A DNA stretch of 63,971 nt, counting the filler, from Octopus bimaculoides (Eukaryota): the NCBI RefSeq assembly GCF_001194135.2. It is 3 parts of 3 records of this genome, joined end to end, with 100 filler letters (N's around TTAATTAATTAA, not from the genome) between each part and the next. Parts side by side here need not be neighbours in the genome. Positions count along the whole stretch, not along the records: positions 1 to 29,007 come from NC_068990.1; positions 29,108 to 42,024 come from NC_068987.1; 1 more part is not named here. One strand, 5' to 3'. The position numbers and the translations under genes were made by a program. Below the pieces are notes generated by a model. The model did no database searches. It had not been told where the DNA came from and saw only the letters and a list, made by a program, of their open reading frames with translations. The first letter of the stretch is position 1; every line of letters starts with the position of its first letter. This document shows, piece after piece, positions 26,080 to 38,539 of the stretch.

Positions 26080-27630
26080 CGCGCGCGTGTTGCATTGTGC
26101 AGCTCGGAGATGCTTCAGAAAATAATTGCCCAAGGTGCCGGTAGTGCGACTCAAAAGTCAACTTCTTAGTCACACAGCAATGCCTGCGACTATGTTTTGT
26201 GTTTATATTCACACTAAAAAATTTGTTCGATTTAGATTTATTTTCAATGATATAAATTAAAGTTCTATGGTTGCTGTGGTTGTGGTGGTGGTAATGATAG
26301 CAGTGGTTGCTTGCATTTTGCCTCGTATCAGCGCTAGTCGACTTGACTTATGATCAGACATTTTGTAATCATGATAACCCTGTCTGGTTGGAGATGTGGG
26401 AATTTGTAATCCCATGTATATATACCGCCATATTTCAAAACAAGATTGAATGAGGTTTCAGGGATATTTAACTGTTACTTCTAGCAGTTCAAACTGCTAA
26501 ATCAAAAGCTTCTACTAGACTGCTTGACCACTTAGAAGTGGCAGTCAAATCTCTTTCAAGTCATATCCTACATTGTAATTTCAAAAACATTCAAATTTTA
26601 GTGATAAACAAGAATAATGAAGTGCAAAATACAGATTTCTAATATTGAGTTCCTTTTTCGGCACAAGGCCAGTAATTTCAGGACAGGTAAATGTCATTAA
26701 ACATTTTGCCCGGCGTGCTAACCTGTCTATCAGCTGTCTTAAGGTTTAGTAAAATATCATAAATCACTATGCGAAAACGAAGCGCCAACTGGTTTCTATT
26801 GATATGAGTGAATAGATTCTAGAATATTAACACTGGGTGAGAGACGGATATTCTCATATGAGAGAGGATATTTCCTGCATCGACGTTTCACTCACTAGAC
26901 AGAATACCTAAATCTCACTCAAAACACATTGTATAATTCGGTATTAGGGAAAGTAAAGAAGGATGGTTATATGAGGAATGCATTTAATCGCAAGCCTGCT
27001 CAAGTAGTGTTGGCCTAATATCAATCGTGAATATCTACAAGAGTCAGTAATTCACGATATGGCCGATACCAACTCCTAAAAAGCGAGTGAGTGGTTTTTT
27101 TTACGCTGGTACTGAAGACGAAGTATTAGAGAAAATAGAGACATATCTTGCGTCCGTTCATCTTCTCCGTTCCCTACTCATTCGTGGGTTATGGGATAGA
27201 ATTCTCAGGCGTTATCTCCATAGGGTCCTCTCAGAAGCAACCGACAATTCACTTTCCAACTGGATTTCCAAGCGTGACCTACTGTTACTATGAATGTTAT
27301 CCAACCTTCGAGGCATCTTTTCATTGTCTTATGTGTGTAAAAACTATTTCCATTGATCATCCTGCGTGTGAAGAAGCTGGTAATTTCAGCGGTGAAAATT
27401 GTTTGTAAACGTTTTATGTTGATGAAACGANNNNNNNNNNNNNNNNNNNNNNNNNNNNNNNNNNNNNNNNNNNNNNNNNNNNNNNNNNNNNNNNNNNNNN
27501 NNNNTAAAGAGAGTTGCTAAAAGAAAGGGTAAGATAGTTTTAAAAGGTATATGAAGCACCGACCTAAATCTTAATTAAAGCTCCAGCACATTTCCTCTTT
27601 TATCTGAGCAATGATGATGACGATGATGAC

Positions 27631-27681
<51 letters not shown>

Positions 27682-27809
27682 AATGATGATGCTGTTGCTG
27701 CTGATGATGATGATGATGAAGGGTAGAACCATGTAGGACCATGAACAAGAGCAGGAGGAGGGGTAGATAAAATGGATTTTTATATAAGTTGAATTTTATT
27801 TTTCTACAG

Positions 27810-27931
27810 TGAAAAAGACGTAACTGGAATTACTGCTCACTTTGGATCAACCAACAAGAATAACGCAACAGTTCAGATTCGCGTAAGGCAATGGGTGTTG
27901 CATCGGGATTACGTCAAAAGGCATACTATCG
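27810..27931 (+). CDS. S1A serine protease exon 3
   Basis: Acceptor TTTTTCTACAG; phase compatible; (I)EKDVTGITAHFGSTNKNNATVQIRVRQWVLHRDYVKRHTI fits the S1 segment G-S..V....HP.Y preceding the D102 motif; donor GTTAGT, phase 1. Confidence 0.9.
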
Positions 27932-28769
27932 GTTAGTATATTTTATCTTTTGAAACGTTATTAAAATATCAAACGTTTCGCATGTTTCGTTTTAGGATTT
28001 GCTCTCCGCGATTTTTTATGTAGACTTTTATGCTGAAACAGATGTTGTTGCATCTCGGTAGGGTCATTATGCCAATAATAGATACACGCCTAGGTTCTAT
28101 TTCACTTCTTTTACTACTAGCTAATTCGTTAATATTTAACCAATTAAGTAACCGATCGTTTGACTAGTTTTTCAATCAATCAATCAAACATTCAAACAAT
28201 CAATCATTCAAACTATCAATTAATCACCTTGGCTTGTGAAAAGTCTCTTCGTTGCCATTGGTGATTGGATAGATGATATGACCCTTCTATAATAGATCTG
28301 TTTCATGTCTACTGCGCTTCTCATCAGTTGCTACCACAATATTAACCCTTTCCCTGTGGACATCAGGGAAAATTTCCTTACCGTTAACTGTGGAAAGCAG
28401 TTTTATATGACAATCTCTCTTTGCTTGAGGAATGTCATGTTTGAAACATATTTTTGTTGAAATATCTCTAGTTTATTGAGACAACGTGACTTGCTAAAAA
28501 TACCAATTCCATTTTTTCATTACTGCAATAACCATGAAGTTTAATTCTGCAATATAACGTGTAAAACATTTCTTTGAGTAGAGAAATCTTTCTCCATTCA
28601 AATCATTACAATATCAAAGGAAACCTTCATTACCACCATTTGTTCAAATAAGACGTTCTACACTAATCAATTGAAATAACGGTTTATCTATGACACACCA
28701 TAGTTAAAGGGATAAGCCCATATATTGCTAACTGCGCACGTTATCAATTTTATAATGCAGTCACAAATA

Positions 28770-28975
28770 TACTTTTACTTGGTTCAGGGAATAGACTGCG
28801 ACCTTGCTGAGGCACTGCCATAAAGGGTTTTAGTTGAATAAATTAACCCCCATAATTAATTTTAAAGGCCTGTTTTTCTACCTGTCACTTATGCCGAACT
28901 GGTGCGTAAACAAACAAACACCGCTTGTTAAACGGTTAGAGGATGCGACTAAGCTCTGAACAAAGACACGCACAC
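28770..28975 (-). mobile_element. Diverged 3' part of SINE family B
   Basis: Resembles 53925-54110 and the reverse complement of 62400-62600. Confidence 0.55.
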
Positions 28976-29007
28976 ATATCTATATATCTATCTATCTAGC
29001 TATATAT

Positions 29008-29107
29008 NNNNNNNNNNNNNNNNNNNNNNNNNNNNNNNNNNNNNNNNNNNNTTAATTAATTAANNNNNNNNNNNNNNNNNNNNNNNNNNNNNNNNNNNNN
29101 NNNNNNN
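29008..29107. other. Artificial scaffold-join spacer
   Basis: Exactly 44 N + TTAATTAATTAA + 44 N; identical structure at 42025-42124. Confidence 0.9.
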
Positions 29108-29415
29108 TGAAGGAAATAGCTGAGGTTATTTTTGAGAAGTGTTCCCCACTCGGTGGTGTTTCAGAGCAAGTCGTCCATATTTGTTTAATTTTTCTCTATT
29201 ATGTGTGAATGTGCATCCGTAGATTTCTAATGAAGTAATAGGCAGTGAAGAGAAGCCGTCATAAGAAAACTTTTAACTACCTCTATTCCTTTCTCCCCCT
29301 CTCTCTGTCTCTTCATTTCTCGCTCTCTCAAACGCATACACGTGCAAGTACACAATGATTCAGTAAAATATAACTCATGTTCGTCAATGTTTTGTAAATA
29401 TACCACGATTTTCAC

Positions 29416-29590
29416 TAGGGTGTTAGGTTTACGGTTTTAGGGTCAGGGTTAGGGTTATGGTTTAGGGTTACGGTTACGGTTACGGTTAGGATTAGTGTTA
29501 CGATTACGGTTTTAGGGTCAGGGTTAGGGTTAGGGTTTAGGGTTAGTGTTAGGGTTAGTGTTAGGATTAGATTTAGGATTAGGGTTGGGT
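29416..29590 (+). repeat. Degenerate telomere-like (TTAGGG)n array
   Basis: GGGTTA variants including TTTTAGGGTCAGGGTTAGGG. Confidence 0.9.
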
Positions 29591-30691
29591 AATCGTGCAG
29601 GTGTTAATCTGAAAAATTACAGATAGGTGTAATTTTTGTTGTTCTGTTTAATATATACATAGATTATGCCTCGAAAGAAGAGAGTTTGCTGGGGAAAGAA
29701 AGCAACCGGTTTAAAATGACAGCAACAGACTGCAGCAATTTACCACATTCCAGAAGCTACTTTGAACATAATGCAAAATGGTGCATCAACATCTACTGCC
29801 CAATCTGATAGAATTCTGGCAAAACTGTGTAGCAACAGATCGCCAGCAATTGCTTCATCAGATATTGCCGTCCTAGCTCCTGCGAAAAGGGATTACTCTG
29901 CTATGTATAATCAGGGCAGCGCACAAAGTTGTTTTGTACAAGCATTTGTATAGCCAATTAGACGGATGAAATTTATGTACGCTTAATAATGTTACGCAAA
30001 ACAGCCTTCAGACTTTCCCTATTAATTTCATCGTCTTTGAATTATGAACATATTTANNNNNNNNNNNNNNNNNNNNNNNNNNNNNNNNNNNNNNNNNNNN
30101 NNNNNNNNNNNNNNNNNNNNNNNNNNNNNNNNNNNNNNNNNNNNNNNNNNNNNNNNNNNNNNNNNNNNNNNNNNNNNNNNNNNNNNNNNNNNNNNNNNNN
30201 NNNNNNNNNNNNNNNNNNNNNNNNNNNNNNNNNNNNNNNNNNNNNNNNNNNNNNNNNNNNNNNNNNNNNNNNNNNNNNNNNNNNNNNNNNNNNNNNNNNN
30301 NNNNNNNNNNNNNNNNNNNNNNNNNNNNNNNNNNNNNNNNNNNNNNNNNNNNNNNNNNNNNNNNNNNNNNNNNNNNNNNNNNNNNNNNNNNNNNNNNNNN
30401 NNNNNNNNNNNNNNNNNNNNNNNNNNNNNNNNNNNNNNNNNNNNNNNNNNNNNNNNNNNNNNNNNNNNNNNNNNNNNNNNNNNNNNNNNNNNNNNNNNNN
30501 NNNNNNNNNNNNNNNNNNNNNNNNNNNNNNNNNNNNNNNNNNNNNNNNNNNNNNNNNNNNNNNNNNNNNNNNNNNNNNNNNNNNNNNNNNNNNNNNNNNN
30601 NNNNNNNNNNNNNNNNNNNNNNNNNNNNNNNNNNNNNNNNNNNNNNNNNNNNNNNNNNNNNNNNNNNNNNNNNNNNNNNNNNNNNNNNNNN

Positions 30692-33363
30692 AGTAAGGTG
30701 AAGAGGAGGTTCCGCTAGGTTCCTCACAGGCATAGAACATAGGTACAAGATTTTCTGGGCAGGGAAGATTGACAGGGTCGGGGAGAGAGGGAATACTACT
30801 TGCAGAGAAATGGGTCGATAAGATAATCGAGGTTGTCAGAGTATGTGACAGAGTACTTAAGATTAGATTAGTGCTTCACCATAGGTCAGCTACCGTTATC
30901 TCGGCATATGCCCCTCAACCGGGGATACCAGATGAGCAGAAAGACCAATTTTATGACACCCTATTGCAGACTGCCTCGTTGATGAATGACAGGAGCCTTC
31001 TCTTTGTGGCTGGTGATTTCAATGGACATGCTGGACAACATGCAGAGGGGTTCCATGGCGTACATAGAGGATATGGCTTTGGTTCCCACAATGAGGAGGG
31101 AACCAGACTGCTGGAGTTCTGTGATGCAAATGATCTTATGATTTGCAATATCAACTTCAGGAAACCTGCCTGTCAGCTAGTCACCTACTGTTCCGGCAGA
31201 CACACTAACCAAATTGACTACATCCTCGCCAGAAAAAGGGAAAGAGGACTGCTTATAAATGCCAAAACCTTCTCAGGCGGAGAATGTACACCTCACCAGG
31301 ATCAGGGCTAAATTGATGCCCAAAAGTAGACCAGCCTGGAGGAGAAGGGTCTGCAAGCTTAAAGATCCTGCAAATGGACAGAGATTTAGAGACATGTTAC
31401 TCGAAGCCTTTGACGAAATAGAAGGGGATAGAGCATCACATAATGTGGAAAACAACTGAGTTCTACGGGACAACCTGCTGAGAGCCACTGACCAGATCTG
31501 TGGATGGTGCAAAGTCCCCTCTCGATGCAAAGTAGCGTGGTGGTGGAACAATGTGGTTGACAGGGCTATTAGACAAAAGAAACAGCTTGGAAGGACTGGA
31601 AGAACGGAGGTAGCAGGGAATTGTATCAGACTGCCAGAAGGGACGCTAGGAGACAGGTTTATTTAGTCAGAGGGGACGCAGATAAGAAAGAATTTGCCAA
31701 TGTTCTGCGCCGTGAGGACCAAAGACTTAAAGTATTTCATGTTGCAAGACAGTGTGTGAGAGAGAATCATGATGTCGTAGGAGAGAAATGTGTCCGCATG
31801 GATGATGGCTCACTTGCACTAACCGAGGCTGCAAAGAGAGAGGTTTGAAGACACCACTATGAAAGGTTGCTTAATAAAGAGAATGAATGGGAGAAAGAGT
31901 CTGCTGAATGTCGACCCAACAGAGGGACCAGCTATCCTAATTGACAGTACCTTGGTAGACAAAGCGATAAAGCAATTAAGAGTATGAAAACAGAGAAAGC
32001 CCCCTGCCCATCAGGAATCACTGCAGAGATGCTCAAAATATCTGGCAGTGTCGGCTATAGCCTAGTCACCCGTATTACGAACCAGGTGATACATGAAGGA
32101 GTCATACCAAATGACTGGTGTAGCAGCACCATAGTCAACTGCTACAAAGGTAAAGGTGACGCTTTAGACTCAAACAATTACAGAGGTATCAAGTTGTTGG
32201 ACCAGGTAATGAAGGTCACGGAGAGGGTCATAGCCCAACTAATTAGGGAGAGAGTCAGCTTAGATGAGTTTGGATTTGTGCCAGGGAAAAGCACCACTGA
32301 TCCTATATTTCTGGTAAGACAGCTGCAGGAGAAATACCTAGCTAAAGATAAACCTCTGTACCTGGCTTTCATTGACATGGAGAAAGCCTTTGACAGGTCC
32401 CCCGATCCCTTATCTGGTGGTCAATGAGGAAACTAGGGATAGAAGAATGGTTAGTGAGAGCTGTTCGAGCCATGTACAGGGACGCTGTCAGTAAGGTGAG
32501 GGTTGGCAACAAGCACAGTGAAGAATTCTGGGTAGAGGTAGGGGTCTACCAAGGTTCAGTCCTCAGCCCCCTCCTATTTATCATAGTCCTCCAGGCAATA
32601 ACAGAGGAATTCAAGACAGGTTGCCCCTGGGAACTCCTGCATGCTGATGATCTTGCTCTAATTGCTGAGTCACTATCAGAACTAGAGGAGAAGTTTCAGG
32701 TGTGGAAGCAAGGATTAGAATCGAAGGGCCTTAGAGTCAACCTAGCTAAAACCAAAGACCTAATAAGTAGAAAGGTAGACAAACCACAAGCCCCTTCAGG
32801 TAGATGGCCCTGCTCAATTTGTAGAAAAGGTATAGGTAGAAACTCCATAAGATGTACCCGGTGTAAGCTATGGACACATAAGAGGTGCAGAAATATCAAA
32901 GGAAGGTTAACTAGGAAGTTAGTTTTTGTATGTGGCAGATGCTTAGGAGCAATAAACACTGAAAAATGTGCAGAGAACAACTACCACATTCCAGGGAGAA
33001 AAACTAGAAGTAGTTGGTCGCTTCTGTTACCTACGTAACCAAGTCAGTAGCGGGGGAGGCTGCTCTGAAAGTGTAGCTGCTAAAATAAGAATAGCCTGGG
33101 CAAAGTTCAGAGAGCTCTTACCTCTGCTGGTGACAAAGGGCCTCGTGCTCAGAGTAAAAGGCAGACTGTATGACGCATGTGTATGAACAGTCATGCTACA
33201 TGGCAGTGAAACATGGGACGTGACTGCTGAGGACATGAGTAAGCTCGCAAGGAATGAAGCCAGTATGCTCCGATGGATGTGTAATGTCTGTGCATACTCG
33301 ACAGAGTGTAAGTACCTTGAGAGAAAAGTTGAACCTAAGAAGCATCAGTTGTGGTGTGCAAGA
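30692..33363 (+). mobile_element. RTE-clade LINE, disrupted (APE endonuclease + RT with PHD-like insert)
   Basis: VISAYAPQ, VAGDFNGH, QIDYIL; NYRGIKLL, FIDMEKAFDR, GVYQGSVLSPLLF, HADD (32640-32651); several frameshifts and stops; both ends run into gaps. Confidence 0.95.
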
Positions 33364-33631
33364 NNNNNNNNNNNNNNNNNNNNNNNNNNNNNNNNNNNNN
33401 NNNNNNNNNNNNNNNNNNNNNNNNNNNNNNNNNNNNNNNNNNNNNNNNNNNNNNNNNNNNNNNNNNNNNNNNNNNNNNNNNNNNNNNNNNNNNNNNNNNN
33501 NNNNNNNNNNNNNNNNNNNNNNNNNNNNNNNNNNNNNNNNNNNNNNNNNNNNNNNNNNNNNNNNNNNNNNNNNNNNNNNNNNNNNNNNNNNNNNNNNNNN
33601 NNNNNNNNNNNNNNNNNNNNNNNNNNNNNNN

Positions 33632-34213
33632 GCGAAGCTGGACACAAAACCCTGCTTACGAAGACCTGTTGAGGCAAGTGAAATCGAAATCGAAATTGAA
33701 CCCAATTCGACGACTAGCACCCGTGCCAACCTTCCTTCATTAGACACTAAACTCTACTTGCAAAGACCTGTTGGGGCAAGTGAGATTGAAACTGAACCAA
33801 ATTCGATGACTGGCACCTGTACCAGTGGAGCGCTAACAGCACCATCCAAGTGGGATCACTGCCAGAGCAGCAGCGTCGCTTCCGTGCCGGTGGCACATAA
33901 AAAACACCATTTGAGCATGATCGTTTCCAGCTTCGCCTTACTGGCACTTGTGCTGGTGGCATGTGAACAAAACATTGGACTGACACGTAAAAAAGACCAT
34001 TTGAGTGTGGCCATTGCCAGTACCACCGTACTGGCCCTCGTGCCAGTGGCACGTAAAAAGCACCCACTACGCTCTCGGAGTGGTTGGCGTTAGGAAGGGC
34101 ATTCAGCTGTAGAAACTCTGCCAAATGAGAATGGAGCCTGGTGTAGCCATCTGGTTCACCAGTCCTCAGTCAAATCGTCCAACCCATGCTAGCATGGAAA
34201 GCGGACGTTAAAC

Positions 34214-34260
<47 letters not shown>
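33632..34260 (+). mobile_element. 3' non-coding region of, or adjacent to, the RTE, ending in (GAT)n
   Basis: Internal repeats GTGCC.GTGGCAC.TAAAAA; GGTTGGCGTTAGGAAGGGCAT motif; end GGAAAGCGGACGTTAAACGATGATG, also present as a 33-bp minus-strand fragment at 35121-35153. Confidence 0.75.
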
Positions 34261-34292
<32 letters not shown>

Positions 34293-34471
34293 CACATACA
34301 TATATATATATATATATATATGTATATATGAATACAGGACGTCACAAGCAGTAAACAATATATGAATACAAAGCTGAATACGTAAACAATGAGAGAAACA
34401 AATGGAAAACAAGACAAGTAACATAAAGAACGACCCTTCATATGTTACACCCCCCCCCACATATATATGTT

Positions 34472-34507
<36 letters not shown>

Positions 34508-34519
34508 CCAAAATGTAGG

Positions 34520-35075
34520 GAATGGAGTTGATAAAATCCAGGCTACATATGTTTCATAGCTAGCAGAACCTAGTAAATTATCCAGATGTTGGGTAGATCG
34601 CAAGCTACTTTTCAGGCCAAGGATACCTTAATTATATGAAATTTACATAGATCCTGTATAAACTCGTTGGGATTCAATCAAAATGTACAGAAAGCATTCA
34701 AATGAAAGGCATAGAAAGTATTGGACTGAAAGTATTCACTTGAAATGCGTAGAAAGTATAGTTCGAGTGGAAAACGTATTTGTAAAAAAGAAGTAAAAAT
34801 AAAAGAATACATATATATATATATATATGGGAGTGGATAAGTGATGGAGAAGAATATAAGTAAAGTGGGGCAGGTGGGAAGAGAAGGTTTGGTATTGAAA
34901 CTGGCTGGAGAGATGCCTTTATGAAATTTAGGGTTGATTGTGGTTTAAATAAGTAAACATCTTGCAGCATTATAAGGAGCCATTTAAACAGAGTCAAAAG
35001 GATGAATATATAGGAGTGGTATTTGAAATGGATAGGGTGGGGGAGTAAAGGAGAGGTAGGTGGAAGATAATGTAT
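34520..35075 (+). repeat. Unclassified dispersed repeat, copy 2
   Basis: Colinear with 14570-14960. Confidence 0.7.
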
Positions 35076-35654
35076 TTTCAGTCAACGTAGTAGACTTAGT
35101 TTCATCCGTCGAGTTGACAGTCATCATCATCATCGTTTAACATCCGCTTTCCAATTTAATTTTAAAATCTAGGGATGGCAAGTGAAGTGGGAGATAGTAA
35201 TAGCTTAAATCTGAGATTATGTGAGTGTGTATTAGCGCACATGTGTGTATATGTTGTGTGTCTGTAGTATCTAGTAAATATGTATGTGTGAGTATTTGTA
35301 TATTATCATGTGCAGATGGGATGTGTGTGGAGATAGAAAAGTTATGAAGTGTTTCTCGAGTAGGGCAAAGATGAGTTTGTGTACACAGGTTCAAACATTA
35401 AGGGCGAAGCGGGATGGAAGCAGGCATCTCCTAACAACAATGTAAGCTTCATATAATCTAGGAATCCTTGGCCGGAAGAGTAGCTTGTGGTCTACCTCTC
35501 GTTTGGATCATTTACTACTTCCGAGTCTGGATTTCATCTACTCCATTCCCTTAATTTTGGATGTTTATTCACATATACAACAACCTCTGTTGCTAAACAT
35601 GAACTATAAAATTAACTTTCTTCAACTTATTGCACTTCAATACAGGAAAAATTC

Positions 35655-36002
35655 ATGGCAACCTTTTCTTAATGGAACAGTTAAAGACATCAAATGATCA
35701 GAATGACTACATGACAGTTCCTCAAGTTTCGAGACCAGAGTGGTCTTAATTGCAAATCCTACTCCTGATTCTCTCTTACAGGTATCATCTCAACTGCTCC
35801 AAAATAAATGATATCCAGCAGATTTCTCTACAAAATTCCCTACAAAATTCCCTTTTCCATGAATTTTTGTCTTGGCTAATGTTACAACATCCATATCATA
35901 TTGCTGTAACTCTTTTGCAACAAGTGTGGATCTTCTCTCCAGATGAGATTTCAACAGATCCTTGTCTATTAAGGTTCGAACATTTCAACATCCAATATTC
36001 AT
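35655..36002 (-). mobile_element. Decayed RTE/BovB-like LINE endonuclease N-terminus
   Basis: MNIGC*NVRTL..RRSTLVAKELQQYDMDVV..GYHLFWS..KRESGVGFAIKTTLVSKLE; internal stops and a 12-bp duplication. Confidence 0.85.
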
Positions 36003-36256
36003 AGGCTTGTACCTTAACCTGAATTTACTCACGGTTGCAAAATGATGACCTGACTCAGGCTGTGGTGACATGGGACACCTACTTGGCCAGACCACAGAAC
36101 AAAATGTTCCAGAGCCCTTTTTGCCATTTACTTCAGTATCAATATCAACATTCATTGTTTGATTGTACCTTTTTAGACTTTGGCCAACCATGTGCATGCA
36201 AAATGATCTGAAATCAACAGTATTTAAATGAAAAGGAAATTAAATTTTTATTGTAA

Positions 36257-37046
36257 ACTAGCTGTTTTTCCCGGTTTCACTCGGGCAACGTGGTGGATTT
36301 GGTTAAAGGCTATTTCCTATGTATATTTTGAATAATAAAAANNNNNNNNNNNNNNNNNNNNNNNNNNNNNNNNNNNNNNNNNNNNNNNNNNNNNNNNNNN
36401 NNNNNNNNNNNNNNNNNNNNNNNNNNNNNNNNNNNNNNNNNNNNNNNNNNNNNNNNNNNNNNNNNNNNNNNNNNNNNNNNNNNNNNNNNNNNNNNNNNNN
36501 NNNNNNNNNNNNNNNNNNNNNNNNNNNNNNNNNNNNNNNNNNNNNNNNNNNNNNNNNNNNNNNNNNNNNNNNNNNNNNNNNNNNNNNNNNNNNNNNNNNN
36601 NNNNNNNNNNNNNNNNNNNNNNNNNNNNNNNNNNNNNNNNNNNNNNNNNNNNNNNNNNNNNNNNNNNNNNNNNNNNNNNNNNNNNNNNNNNNNNNNNNNN
36701 NNNNNNNNNNNNNNNNNNNNNNNNNNNNNNNNNNNNNNNNNNNNNNNNNNNNNNNNNNNNNNNNNNNNNNNNNNNNNNNNNNNNNNNNNNNNNNNNNNNN
36801 NNAATCGCCCCTCCCCACTTTGAATGGGATATTCCTATCTTAAAAAGTAATAATCGATTATCTCGGTAACCATGGGAGTTGGAGGGCAATAAAACTCTCC
36901 TGAACATGAGCGGACCATGTTGGCGCTCTGTGCTGAATTTCACGCGATTCCACTGCACCGTTCTCGAGTGAATCTGCCGACACTCACTCACTCAATCGAT
37001 CAATCAAGCAAGCAAGCAATCAAGAACACTGCAATTTATATAGATT
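36257..37046 (+). mobile_element. Helentron/Helitron-type non-autonomous element (gapped)
   Basis: 5' ACTAGCTG..CCCGGTTTCACTCGGG hairpin; 3' (ACTC)n/(AAGC)n followed by TTTATATAGATT. Confidence 0.65.
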
Positions 37047-37059
37047 ACATTTATCAATT

Positions 37060-37103
<44 letters not shown>

Positions 37104-37391
37104 ACACACACACACACACAAACATGCATACACACACACATAAACACACACACACAAAGAGGTGTATATGTTACATATAATAAAATGATTTCATTGATCT
37201 AAAAATGTAACAAACACTCACGCGTACACACATTCATGCACTCACACACACATATGCATGCCCATGCATAAATGTACATAAATAGGTGTGCATTTGTATG
37301 AGTGTATATATATATATATATATATATAGTTATGGTATATTCTGTTAAGAACAAATTGAGTACAGTATAAAGCTTGTCCACCTTCTATCTA

Positions 37392-37800
37392 TCTAAGAGA
37401 GTAGAGAGGAAAGTTCTGTCCACTGAATGTTTCAAGAAAAGATGGGTGAATGTAGCAAGGATGACACGTGTGAATGACGGAGCCACCTTGAGCATAACCC
37501 TATGAACTAGAAAAAAAAAGGGTAAAAAGAGAATCACTTACTGTAATTTGTTTTTCTGCATGACATTATTGGCCAAGGTTACCGTGGTCTTTTCCGTAGG
37601 GTAAACCTAATCTGTTTCTCCTTTTACACTTTACATCACGACATTCCTGTGATACACGATCCCTATTAATCATTTTTTTACGATCCCTTTGGTTTGAAAA
37701 TTTACCCCCCCCCTTTTTTTCCTTCTCCTCCCCAAAAAGAAAATCTCTACTTTGTAACTTGTCCCCTCTGTGTTCAGCTCTGTGTGGCTAATAAAGAAAC
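37392..37800 (+). mobile_element. 5'-truncated 3' end of an L1/Tx1-like LINE
   Basis: KRVERKVLSTECFKKRWVNVARMTRVNDGATLSITL* (37395-37505), pyrimidine-rich UTR, AATAAA at 37790-37795. Confidence 0.6.
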
Positions 37801-38539
37801 ATATCTGTCTGTCTGTCTGTCTATCTATCGAATGACGTGTTGTCGCATCGGCTCCGAAAGTAATCCTTTTTTTGACCATTTATAGCTCCCATTTTGTTAA
37901 CATTTTTGTCCATAAGGTGTGTGAAGCACCCAACTTTCGTTTGAGTGTTTCCAAGGGAGGAATTGGCCCCTAGGAGCAGTTTCAACCATAATTAAATTTA
38001 TATATTTAATTCTCGACTTTGAAAAATGTCAAGAAATATTATTGTAGAACGCTGGTCAAATTCTTTCATGGACCAGCATTTCCCTAGCCTTGAAACGCTA
38101 GGAGAAAAAATGAATAACTCCTGTACGCGCACACACACGAAAACAACTACAGTAATGAAAAATACAAATGGATCAAAGACTTAAAAGCGAACGCTGTCAA
38201 CGTCATGGATACTGCAACCACAACCGTTAACTACCCTGTCACCACCACCACAACCAAGACTACCACTGCTACCATCACCACCAACACCAGCAACAACAGC
38301 GATACCGTCGCAAAGCCATCAACCTGTACGAAAGAAAAGACCATCACTACCACTAAAACTTCACCTTCTACTGCAAAACAGACACCTCTGCCACCAACAC
38401 TACCACCAAAAACAAATCCAATTTCGCAGAAACATTGAAACAAAAGACCGTTCTACATTTCACACCAGAACAAATAAAACAAACAAAAGCCCTCTTAACT
38501 CAAGAGGGCTCAAGTCTACACCTGAACATTCCTCAAAAC

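Noticed and set aside
27365-27405. Hammerhead-like GTGAAGA-stem-GAAA (also a weaker case near 15225)
   Set aside because: Catalytic core mismatched, extra nucleotides before GAAA, and no stems I or III.
26940-27410. Overlapping 68-86-aa ORFs in protease intron 2
   Set aside because: No family motifs; not phase-compatible with S1 structure; probably decayed TE or chance.
29052-29063. TTAATTAATTAA as a PacI or homeodomain site
   Set aside because: It sits exactly central in a 100-bp N spacer twice, so it is synthetic.
29227-29270. MTASLHC on the minus strand resembling TAAHC
   Set aside because: No upstream CGG/A-L-I motif or splice context; chance match.
33840-34060. CRISPR-like repeat-spacer pattern
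   Set aside because: Imperfect repeats with related spacers inside a LINE-associated UTR in a eukaryotic context; no cas genes.
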